A stretch of 61,867 nt of DNA, from positions 1-61,867 of the IMG/VR virus record IMGVR_UViG_3300025570_000015; one strand, written 5' to 3'. How positions within the stretch are numbered: the stretch's first letter is position 1; each line of letters starts with the position of its first letter. A program made the position numbers and the translations under genes. Positions 10,712 to 19,137 of this stretch are shown here, in pieces. The notes beneath the pieces are model-generated. The model was given only the letters and a program-made list of their open reading frames with translations, was not told where the DNA came from and ran no database searches. This stretch comes from a virus (Duplodnaviria; Caudoviricetes).

Positions 10712-11182
10712 TTAACAAAGCGTCCATGTTTCCGGTGTTGGTTGCACTTCTATCCAAGTTTCGCTTGCCTTAACGTAGTCAACCCACGTTTCAGGTGTAT
10801 CTGCATCTTCTTCCCATTTTTCTATAGCTGATACCAACATACTAGAAGCTACGTTTAATTGGCTGCTATTTGATAAAAGTCTTTCGTAATTTGTGGATAA
10901 TGCAGAATTTGGGTTTATACTTGATGACCCAGAGGAAACCACAACGGAACTCGTTGAAAATAAAAGATTTGGCGCAACATTACCATCAACATTTCTAAAC
11001 CTATTGTATGAAATTGTTAGCGAAGATGACGGCAATACGCTTAAAGAGCAATCCTTAACAGTTAATGCAGATGACGTAACATTAGATGAAACAGACACAC
11101 TAGCCTGTACTCCTGCTCCTATTGCTATATTTTCAAATGATGAAAATGCTGTACTTGAAAAAGGGGCTGTACTAAATGTCAT
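10712..11182 (-). CDS. Ser-rich tail-associated protein
   Basis: C-terminal AIEKWE...PETW repeats shared with 50599-51264. Confidence 0.55.
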   Translation of the reverse strand: MTFSTAPFSSTAFSSFENIAIGAGVQASVSVSSNVTSSALTVKDCSLSVLPSSSLTISYNRFRNVDGNVAPNLLFSTSSVVVSSGSSSINPNSALSTNYERLLSNSSQLNVASSMLVSAIEKWEEDADTPETWVDYVKASETWIEVQPTPETWTLC

Positions 11183-11183
11183 T

Positions 11184-11669
11184 CTACATTCCTATACCTT
11201 CAGGCCAATGCTCATCTAACCAGTAATCATGCGGTATAGGTGACATAGCTTCTAGTGTATTAGATGCATCACGTATCTCTTTTATCTTAGTCCAAATAGC
11301 TTGATTAGCATTATACTCAGCTAGTTCTTCTGCTGTCCAATTATCTGAACCTTTTTGAACTAACTCCATTGACCTGTTGGTTATGTTTCTTTGCTTCCAC
11401 TCAGGACAGTAACCAAGTATTAACTCTTGAGCATAATTTCTTACATCGTATTCGTTACCTGTCATGTCTTGCACATACCAATCAGTATTATTCCAGAATA
11501 CTTGTTGATCACTTGTATGTGAAGGTATGTCAGGTGCTACAGTATAACCAGCATCAGCTATCTCAACATCAGTAAATGTTGTGTTGTCAGTACGAGTTGT
11601 ACCGTCTGAGAGAACTATCCTGTGTGGTAAAGTTTTAGGATAGGTTTGATTAATTGTGTATAGTGTCAT
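11184..11669 (-). CDS. Tail fibre-associated / assembly protein
   Basis: 161 aa within the fibre cluster; PEWKQRN...IWTKIKEIRDASN motif resembles fibre assembly proteins. Confidence 0.45.
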   Translation of the reverse strand: MTLYTINQTYPKTLPHRIVLSDGTTRTDNTTFTDVEIADAGYTVAPDIPSHTSDQQVFWNNTDWYVQDMTGNEYDVRNYAQELILGYCPEWKQRNITNRSMELVQKGSDNWTAEELAEYNANQAIWTKIKEIRDASNTLEAMSPIPHDYWLDEHWPEGIGM

Positions 11670-11681
11670 GATATCATTCCT

Positions 11682-12506
11682 TTACCTTGTTAAGCCAAGG
11701 CCATGCTTGCTGTTTAAATAATCTTCTACATTTTCAATTTCTGAAGAAGTTAAATGTCGGTCATATCCTATCATCTCTATAATTTTGCCATTAAAAATAC
11801 TTGCAGTTGCTGAATTTTCTCGTCTACCAATATATGTTCCAGTAGAACCACCACCATGATTGTAAGGGCTATTGGATGAGTACTGTGTAAAATCCATACG
11901 CACAAAGTTTACTAAATCAACCATAAGAAGATGAACTCCTGTAGTAGGAATACCAGTATATCCACTTACTGTCTGATAAGATCCGGCAGTGCCATTTAAA
12001 TTTGGGGAAGAATTGTAAACTGTACCACCAGTATCATAATGTGCATATTGATTATCTGCATTATCAAATCCAAAAAGAACATGACTTGTTGTAGCAGTGG
12101 AACTCACTACTGCATATAACTGCTTAACAACTTTATCTGTGGCATTATACGTCCAATTAGTACCATCAAAATCTACACATTCTTGTGTGTGTGATTGAGT
12201 ATCGTAGGTAGGCTCGTAAGTAGAAACTGTAGTCATATCATAACCGCCTCCACTCTTATCAGCCCATAATCTAACAGTGTCGCCATGCGATGTTACATTT
12301 GTGGTTTTAGATGTGTCTGTAAACAAAGTTGTAATATCAGTAGCATCATACCACATGGTTAATCCACTAGTAATTGAAAGCTGATGAAACTTAGGCCAAG
12401 CATTATTAGTCTCTGCTTCGTATTGCTCTTGTAAACTCCAGACACCACTAGCTGAACTTGTTGTAGGAGTGTTTATTGTTTTAGTTATTAGTCCACTATT
12501 TTTCAT
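11682..12506 (-). CDS. Tail fibre/spike protein with LamG/concanavalin-like domain
   Basis: LTMWYDATD, WADKSG and FNGKIIEMIGYDRHLTSSEI motifs; N-terminal SGVWSLQEQY. Confidence 0.6.
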   Translation of the reverse strand: MKNSGLITKTINTPTTSSASGVWSLQEQYEAETNNAWPKFHQLSITSGLTMWYDATDITTLFTDTSKTTNVTSHGDTVRLWADKSGGGYDMTTVSTYEPTYDTQSHTQECVDFDGTNWTYNATDKVVKQLYAVVSSTATTSHVLFGFDNADNQYAHYDTGGTVYNSSPNLNGTAGSYQTVSGYTGIPTTGVHLLMVDLVNFVRMDFTQYSSNSPYNHGGGSTGTYIGRRENSATASIFNGKIIEMIGYDRHLTSSEIENVEDYLNSKHGLGLTR

Positions 12507-12518
12507 TTTGTAACCCTC

Positions 12519-13997
12519 CTAAAATGTACTTGTGTCAATGTAGGTTGTGATTTCTCGATACCTAGTTAGTGTACCTGTAAAAGCTGAGTTAGAATGACCA
12601 CCATGTACACTACTTCCTTGACTTCCTTGACCTACTCCTGCGGCATTATTACCAGCCCAATCGCCGTTACCATTAAAATCTACAGAAACTATTTGATTAA
12701 TTCCATTAGTGGTATCATTCCACCAACACTGAATATGGTTTTGATAATCAATAGTAACAATAAGTTGACCAGCTACACCAGCATAAGCAGACATATCTGT
12801 TGTTGTAGTAGATGTTTCGTTAGATACTCCTGATACTGCACCAGAAACAGACAACCTAAGATTGCCTCCTGACACCATACCTACATAAAGACCGTCTGTA
12901 GTTCCACCTTGGTCTAATATACATCCAGTATCTGTTGTACTGAAGGTCATATCAAATATAAAAGTCACATCAATTCGACCTGCACCTCCAGAGCCTGATG
13001 AAAACTCTTGTGGAAATGATGTTAATTCTCTTAGGTATGTAGTACCATAGACAGCATCTATATCTAAACCAGTATCTTGCAATTCTGCATTAAGGTAATC
13101 TGCATCCATACTCCAAACGCCAGTGTTCTTTTTGTTTTTATTAACTATGATACTAGATGCTGAGTATTGCCTTACCGTATCATTATTAAATTCTACTAAA
13201 TATAATTTTGAGTAATCAGATTTAAAGCTAATACCTCTAGTATTACCAGTTACAGAAAACCTACTATTAAATGTAGCAGTAGTAACATCATAAGCTGTAG
13301 ATAAATCCCAACTAGCAAAGTAATTACTTTCTCCAATAGCATACATTATAGTACCATCACTGTTAAAAGCTATATCTGTAGGCCAACCAACTTGTGAGTT
13401 TAAAGAAAGTTCATTTCCACTAAATGACTTTGTAGAAATATCCCATGCTGTAGTCATAGAATATTCATGCACATCACCAGTCATAAAACCAACTGTGTAA
13501 AACTTAGTGCCGTCAGGTTTAAAAGTTACATCCAAAACTCCTGACTCTTCAGATGTCACACCGCCAGCTGTAGTTATAGATGCTGTTGTAATATCCCAAG
13601 CTGTAGACAAAGAGTATTCACTAATGGAATTGGTAACTTCTCCAGCTATATAAAGTTTTGTACCATCTGGCTTAAAGTGTATACCACTAGGTACGATAGT
13701 TTGTGAAGCTACACTAAATGAATCTCCAGTATAACTAGCTGTAGATAAATCCCATGCTGTTGTAAGTCCATAAGAAAACACTTTATCTGTGTCTCTACCT
13801 ACCACAAATAAAAGAGTACCATCTGGCTTAAAAAATAAACCTGTAGGTCTAGTTAATTGAGAATTAATGCCAAAAGTAATATTATCAAAAGTAAAAGAAT
13901 ATGCCAAATACCCACTAATAGTTTGATAATAATCAGTAGCCGCATAGTCTGCTACACGTCCTATAAAACCACCATTATCATGCACACTGTTTTTCAT
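12519..13997 (-). CDS. Receptor-binding protein with beta-propeller repeats
   Basis: Repeated FKPDGTK.Y...Y.L.TAWD(L/I)STAS units, then a TGVWSM motif and a lectin-like C-terminus. Confidence 0.6.
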   Translation of the reverse strand: MKNSVHDNGGFIGRVADYAATDYYQTISGYLAYSFTFDNITFGINSQLTRPTGLFFKPDGTLLFVVGRDTDKVFSYGLTTAWDLSTASYTGDSFSVASQTIVPSGIHFKPDGTKLYIAGEVTNSISEYSLSTAWDITTASITTAGGVTSEESGVLDVTFKPDGTKFYTVGFMTGDVHEYSMTTAWDISTKSFSGNELSLNSQVGWPTDIAFNSDGTIMYAIGESNYFASWDLSTAYDVTTATFNSRFSVTGNTRGISFKSDYSKLYLVEFNNDTVRQYSASSIIVNKNKKNTGVWSMDADYLNAELQDTGLDIDAVYGTTYLRELTSFPQEFSSGSGGAGRIDVTFIFDMTFSTTDTGCILDQGGTTDGLYVGMVSGGNLRLSVSGAVSGVSNETSTTTTDMSAYAGVAGQLIVTIDYQNHIQCWWNDTTNGINQIVSVDFNGNGDWAGNNAAGVGQGSQGSSVHGGHSNSAFTGTLTRYREITTYIDTSTF

Positions 13998-14000
13998 GGA

Positions 14001-14357
14001 TTACTCAGATATAATTTCGTAACTACAGATAACCTGTAAGTCTCCATCTACACTAGCTGTTGCCCTTAGTGCATCACCTTCTTCTAAATATATTGCACTG
14101 TCTTTGCTTATAGCTACGAGAGTAGCATCTGCTGGTACTGTAACTGTACTTACTATCTTGTAAGCTGTACTCGACCTAAACAAATCAAGAGTGATATCAG
14201 CATCGTTTGTGCCATCAATGTTAGCTATGATAACTGAGTTTATCTTTAGTAATTTACCTGTTGCCGCAGTTGTTATTGCTGTGGCTGTTGTTGTTGCCGC
14301 AAGCACATCTGTCTTGCCTGTTATAGTTGCAACACTAACTACGTTTGGTGCAGTCAT
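14001..14357 (-). CDS. Tail fibre module adaptor protein
   Basis: 118 aa; IANIDGTNDADI...YLEEGDAL...SYEII pattern typical of marine phage fibre clusters. Confidence 0.5.
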   Translation of the reverse strand: MTAPNVVSVATITGKTDVLAATTTATAITTAATGKLLKINSVIIANIDGTNDADITLDLFRSSTAYKIVSTVTVPADATLVAISKDSAIYLEEGDALRATASVDGDLQVICSYEIISE

Positions 14358-14372
14358 TTTATTCTCCTGTTA

Positions 14373-15734
14373 TTATCCAAATACCATTGCCATAGCAATT
14401 GCTTTGCCTGTTGTTATTCCGCCGCCACCGCCAGAAGCATCAGCCCATTCAGTTGCTGTAGCCCCAGAGTTAACTGTAAGAACTTGACCTGATGTTCCCA
14501 AAGAGGATGGAATGTTTGTAGCTATATCTCGACCATCTACTGTACCTGTTACAAATACATTTCCAGCCACTGAAATTCCAGTTGAACTAGTTTGAAATCT
14601 TAAAGTATTATCGTGATAAAGGTTTACACTACCATCTAAATTAAATGTTGCATAAGTTTCACTAGCACTTGAGTTAGTTATACGAACTGCATTTGAGCCA
14701 GCTATAAATAAATCACCAGCACCAGCATCTTGTACAAAAGAATTACCAGCAGAATGAAACACTTGTAAGTCATCACTGTCACCAAACTTAGCTTTAATAT
14801 CATCACCAAAGTCTAAATCACCTGTCAGTGTACCACCAGCTTTTGGCAAAGCGGCATTAGCTGTTGTAGTTGTGCTTGTGAGTATGCCGTCTCTTGATGC
14901 TATGTCTACGCCATCTACTGTGCCAGATACTGCAACGTTGCCTGTTACGTTTACACCTGTTGAGTTAACTGTAAGACGTTCAGTATTACCATCAACTCTC
15001 ATTCGAATGTTACCAGTAGAATCATTATCTATATAAAGATGTGAACCTGATTGTGTTATATTAGCTAAATGATTTCCATCCGTATCAGTAAACTTTAGAT
15101 TAGGTGTTGTATCTGTAATGTTTACATCATTGGAAGTCACTGTGCCTGTTACGTCAATGCCTGTTGATGTTGTAGTTAGTTTTTCTGCGCCGTTGTGAAA
15201 CAGTCGTACAGAGCCTGTCGCTGTGGCTCTTAGTACAGCAGTTGAGCTACCCAAAATCTGAAATTCATCACCATCAGTGATGTTAACTAATAGATCACCA
15301 GATGTTACTAATCTATTGTTACCATCGTGATAAATCTGCAAGTCACTGCCAGCACCGAATATGGCTTTGTCGTTGTCACCCCAAGTTACGTTGCCTGTAA
15401 TTGCACCGCCAGATAAAGGTAAATTAGAAACAGACTGAGATGCAGGGTAGGTCATAAATACATCTTTAGAACCAGATGTAAAACTTACTGCTGCGTTACT
15501 GTTAGAGCTAGATAGTACAGTTGTCCGCGTTAATGTATTTCCAGTGTTCCAAGTGCCTAAACCAACTTCCCATTCATCAGCCGTGCTGTGTACTATCGCA
15601 TAATGCGTTGTATCCGCATTAGACATATGATCGCTAAATGCTTCAAAAGATGTGGATGTACCACCTAGCGATATTGCAGATGTGCCTGTCGTGGTTGTTG
15701 TTTCACGTACACGATCTTTAATTACAAATGCCAT
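14373..15734 (-). CDS. Tail fibre protein
   Basis: DRVRETTTTTGT N-terminus, repeated FGAGSDLQIYHDG units, C-terminal GKAIAMAMVFG. Confidence 0.7.
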   Translation of the reverse strand: MAFVIKDRVRETTTTTGTSAISLGGTSTSFEAFSDHMSNADTTHYAIVHSTADEWEVGLGTWNTGNTLTRTTVLSSSNSNAAVSFTSGSKDVFMTYPASQSVSNLPLSGGAITGNVTWGDNDKAIFGAGSDLQIYHDGNNRLVTSGDLLVNITDGDEFQILGSSTAVLRATATGSVRLFHNGAEKLTTTSTGIDVTGTVTSNDVNITDTTPNLKFTDTDGNHLANITQSGSHLYIDNDSTGNIRMRVDGNTERLTVNSTGVNVTGNVAVSGTVDGVDIASRDGILTSTTTTANAALPKAGGTLTGDLDFGDDIKAKFGDSDDLQVFHSAGNSFVQDAGAGDLFIAGSNAVRITNSSASETYATFNLDGSVNLYHDNTLRFQTSSTGISVAGNVFVTGTVDGRDIATNIPSSLGTSGQVLTVNSGATATEWADASGGGGGITTGKAIAMAMVFG

Positions 15735-15743
15735 TGTCTAACC

Positions 15744-16124
15744 TTATGATAAAGTAACATCCAAATCCCCGGCGGGGATACGCAATACATCTCCAGTAGA
15801 AATAGTTTTTGACACTGATAGAGCTGCATACGCTATTAAGTTACCGCCAGATGATGCGTCAAAAATACCAACGTGGCTAACTGTGCCATAATTTCCCGTT
15901 GCAGTTGGGTATTCAATTGCACCAGAGTTGCTTGCAGTATCCCCAGAAACTGTGAATGTTGCTGCTTTTCTCACATATCCGCCGCCACTAACTTCAGTGC
16001 CACCGCCCGTATCATTTGGAGCTGCAGTGTATAATGCTATAAACCACGCTGTCGGGCGTGTTGCTGAACTTGCAGTAAATACCCAAGTCAATACTCGTGT
16101 TTCAAATGTATCTGTAAAACTCAT
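15744..16124 (-). CDS. Tail fibre-associated structural protein
   Basis: LYTAAPNDTGGGTEVSGGGY and GIFDASSGGNL motifs; conserved at 51264. Confidence 0.6.
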   Translation of the reverse strand: MSFTDTFETRVLTWVFTASSATRPTAWFIALYTAAPNDTGGGTEVSGGGYVRKAATFTVSGDTASNSGAIEYPTATGNYGTVSHVGIFDASSGGNLIAYAALSVSKTISTGDVLRIPAGDLDVTLS

Positions 16125-16125
16125 T

Positions 16126-16746
16126 TTAATATGCCCTTATTTTCATACGACGGCCTGAACCGCCAAATTTAGCTTTTTCGCTTTCAGCGTTAATTGCGTC
16201 AATTGCGCTTTGGTATAACGCTGCCCACACTTGTATTCTAGCGTCATCCTTTAAGTATGGCGCAGAATGTATTAGTGAGCCATATAAATATGCGCTAGAA
16301 TAATAATCCAATACCCAATTTGATGTATTACTATCACTTAGCGCGGGTATTCGGCTGTAATAATACAATTCTGAAGTATATGTACCATCTGGCACTGGGT
16401 AAACTTCAATCTCGCCTGCTGTAAGTGCGTAATATGCTGGCTGACCGCTTGTGTTTAAATTTCTAAACTTGCGATCAAGCATTTCTGCTTGCGAAATTAG
16501 CTCAAGTGGGCGTGTATCTCCGCTTGTTATATAAAATCGTATTATTTCTAGCATATCTGCGGGAATTGCGCTGTATTGCGTGTCAATCTCGGCTGTGCTG
16601 CGCTTTTCTTGCCTCCAATGACGCAATCTAAGGTTTAGATCATCTTCAGCGAGCGATATAAACGTAGACGAAATTGATGCTAGATCATCTCGATTAAGAA
16701 AATCTGCAATATTTGTCTTTAATTCTGCATATGTTGTAATTGGCAT
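16126..16746 (-). CDS. Head-tail adaptor / tail tubular protein A
   Basis: TYAELKTNIADFLNRDDL, IEVYPVPD and YLYGSL...PYLKDD motifs; conserved at 51646. Confidence 0.7.
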   Translation of the reverse strand: MPITTYAELKTNIADFLNRDDLASISSTFISLAEDDLNLRLRHWRQEKRSTAEIDTQYSAIPADMLEIIRFYITSGDTRPLELISQAEMLDRKFRNLNTSGQPAYYALTAGEIEVYPVPDGTYTSELYYYSRIPALSDSNTSNWVLDYYSSAYLYGSLIHSAPYLKDDARIQVWAALYQSAIDAINAESEKAKFGGSGRRMKIRAY

Positions 16747-16801
16747 TAGTCAACTCTCAGTTTATTTCTGTATAACATATTTATGTAGATTGTACTAGGT
16801 A

Positions 16802-16830
16802 TTGCGTTTTGTAATATAAAAAGTTAAGAT
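16802..16830 (+). promoter_or_regulatory. Sigma70-like promoter for the 58-aa gene
   Basis: TTGCGT-N17-TAAGAT, followed by an AGGAGG RBS at 16841. Confidence 0.55.
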
Positions 16831-16853
16831 AATAATCCGTAGGAGGGATAATT

Positions 16854-17030
16854 ATGACAGACGCATATTTAGAAAAAATTCGTGAAGATATTGTTTTAAG
16901 GGCAATGTTTTTTGACCAAAAAGACCCAGTTGCTATTGAGCAATTTGATAGATTTGTTTGTTTACTGTTAAAAGTAGACGCAGACGAAGTACCACCACTA
17001 TTCATCGAAGAAGCCCTTGCGCATTCATAA
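16854..17030 (+). CDS. Small acidic protein (58 aa), candidate immunity protein; not in the ORF track
   Basis: MTDAYLEKIREDIVLRAMFFDQKDPVAIEQFDRFVCLLLKVDADEVPPLFIEEALAHS; AGGAGG RBS and its own promoter; convergent with and overlapping the 3' end of 17002-18396. Confidence 0.65.
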   Translation: MTDAYLEKIREDIVLRAMFFDQKDPVAIEQFDRFVCLLLKVDADEVPPLFIEEALAHS

Positions 17031-18396
17031 TATTTTGTAAAATTTCTTCAGTTAAAAGTTGGCCTGACATTTTAGTTTTTAATGCATGCGTTTTGTGCGC
17101 ATTGTTTAATGGCTTTCCTGCTTTTGTTGTTTTTCCAGACATAGAGTCCCAAAGATCCTTAAATACTTCACCTTGATAAACTGGAGTTTCCACGCCTCCT
17201 AAATATTCACCTTTTATTTGTGTATCATATGTGCTGTGGGGAACTTGAGCTAGTCCTTGAATATTAGAACCTTTTTTAAAATCTTTAGCATTATTATATA
17301 ATAAACCACTTTTTGGGTTAATTTTACCAACAGAAAGCCCAGCCATTCCACTTCCCATATTTACCTGATTAGGATCTGTTACCGATTTTCTTATCATAGC
17401 AGGACTTGGAAAGCCTGCATCTTGCATTGCCCTATTGTCCATACCTCTAATAAATGCTTTTCTAATGTCTGGTTTTACCATTTTTAAATAAGGTCTTAAA
17501 TCTGGACTTTCTAAACCTACCCAATTAGGGTCATACGCTTTCATATATTGGTCATATTGAATTACGTCAGATTTTTTAATTGGCGCAAACTTTACCATTT
17601 CTGCCATAACTTCAGACGTAAAATCAGCAAAATCAACTGCATCTGGAGACATTCCTAATGAAATACCAACTATATCCGCTCCATTATTAGCTTCTTGTAA
17701 TTTAGCAGCATTATTATCAATTCTTGATATAATTCCTTTTTTAGATGCCCAAATAGCATCATCTAATTGATTTGCTCCAGACCTCATAAAGTCTATACCG
17801 CCGCCAACATCTACAGGATTTTCAAATGTGTTTCCTAGTAGGCCTTTAACAGTGCCAACGCTTGACCTATCACCCATGAGAGGTACAGCCACTTTCCCTT
17901 CTAAGCTTTCTAAGTCTAATTTTTTCTTTGGTGAAAGATTGGGGTCTAGAGTAAAATCTACATCAACGTCTGAAAGAGGTATATCCATTTTTGTTTTTTG
18001 AAACCCGTATGGGTCTAGTTCTTCTTTAGTTGGCGGCTTTAACCTAATATTACCACCAGACATGCCCAGCGCGTTAGGATCAACTTCAATGCGGTTAACT
18101 ACGTCAAGTAATCCACGTCCACCTTTTTTAAGCGCATCACCAACGCCCGGTATAATGCCAACTAAAGCTAAAGCGCCTAATCCTGCTGCATATTTATAAT
18201 TAGGATTATCTTTTTGCAGCTCATCATATATTTCTTTAGCCGCCATAGCGTCGCCAATAATAGGCGTGGCCTCAGCTATAAATTTTGCGGCGTCCATTGC
18301 GGTAAAGCTCATTGGCGTTACCTTTAAGCTGTCTACATAGTCAGCCCATTGAGCGTTTGTCCCACCTTGGTATGTATTTTGATCTAACAAGCCCAT
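17002..18396 (-). CDS. Polymorphic effector-like virion protein (conserved N-terminus, unknown C-terminal domain)
   Basis: N-terminal ~120 aa homologous to 52304-53905; the rest is unrelated. Confidence 0.55.
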   Translation of the reverse strand: MGLLDQNTYQGGTNAQWADYVDSLKVTPMSFTAMDAAKFIAEATPIIGDAMAAKEIYDELQKDNPNYKYAAGLGALALVGIIPGVGDALKKGGRGLLDVVNRIEVDPNALGMSGGNIRLKPPTKEELDPYGFQKTKMDIPLSDVDVDFTLDPNLSPKKKLDLESLEGKVAVPLMGDRSSVGTVKGLLGNTFENPVDVGGGIDFMRSGANQLDDAIWASKKGIISRIDNNAAKLQEANNGADIVGISLGMSPDAVDFADFTSEVMAEMVKFAPIKKSDVIQYDQYMKAYDPNWVGLESPDLRPYLKMVKPDIRKAFIRGMDNRAMQDAGFPSPAMIRKSVTDPNQVNMGSGMAGLSVGKINPKSGLLYNNAKDFKKGSNIQGLAQVPHSTYDTQIKGEYLGGVETPVYQGEVFKDLWDSMSGKTTKAGKPLNNAHKTHALKTKMSGQLLTEEILQNIMNAQGLLR

Positions 18397-18914
18397 TACA
18401 AGTCTAAATTCTGCTGCTTCATTAAGTCAAATACTTTGCGCATCATCTCCAAGTTACCTTTGTAGACACCAAACGCTGGGTCATCTTTAAACTCTTCTAC
18501 AAAGTTAAAGAACTCTTGCTCGTCAGTTATGTCAGGCAAAACTGTTTCTTTTATAGGGCCAAGTGGCTTTACGCCGTATAATAAACTGTAATAGTCACTG
18601 TCTGGCACTTGCACGTCTTTATTTAGCAAACCAAACTTACGCGCTGCTTTATCGGGTGCTTCAGTCATTTTTGATAGCAAACCCTGCTTTACTGGGTCAT
18701 TGCCCGCAAAATTAGCTTGGCCTAGCGTGCCGTAATACGTTTTATCACCAATATTTTCAACAGGTTTGCCGCCAGTAGTCATAAGTTGACCATTAACGTA
18801 TTCCATCTCGTCACCGGGCGTCAAAACGTTAGCCAGAAACTCGGTAATGCTGTTCCTGTCACTCGCGCCTTTGTCTAACGAGTTTAAAAAGCTCATAAAT
18901 TGATTTTGTGGCAT
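18396..18914 (-). CDS. Hypothetical protein, conserved N-terminus and variable C-terminus
   Basis: First ~95 aa match 53905-54456; stop overlaps the effector start (TAATG). Confidence 0.6.
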   Translation of the reverse strand: MPQNQFMSFLNSLDKGASDRNSITEFLANVLTPGDEMEYVNGQLMTTGGKPVENIGDKTYYGTLGQANFAGNDPVKQGLLSKMTEAPDKAARKFGLLNKDVQVPDSDYYSLLYGVKPLGPIKETVLPDITDEQEFFNFVEEFKDDPAFGVYKGNLEMMRKVFDLMKQQNLDL

Positions 18915-18948
18915 AATTATAGCCTATACGTTGTTTTTTTACAAACTA

Positions 18949-19137
18949 TCACAATTTTTCCATATTAGCTAGTACAACGCGCATTCTATCTGATAACTTC
19001 CACGTCCCAGCGCGCCACCTAGCGGCATGTTGGGCATCTTCCAACGTCAAACCACGGCTCATATAGCTTTTTATCCATTTATTCATCATTAAATTTTTCA
19101 TCTTGGGTGACAAATTTGAAAATTTTTTTTGGTTCAT
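18949..19137 (-). CDS. Conserved small hypothetical protein
   Basis: 62 aa, near-identical at 54491; coupled to the TerL stop. Confidence 0.65.
   Translation of the reverse strand: MNQKKFSNLSPKMKNLMMNKWIKSYMSRGLTLEDAQHAARWRAGTWKLSDRMRVVLANMEKL

Noticed and set aside
16781-17005. 74-aa minus-strand ORF downstream of the effector as the immunity gene
   Set aside because: It has a low-complexity start and no clear RBS; the opposite-strand 58-aa ORF has a strong RBS and promoter and is the better call.
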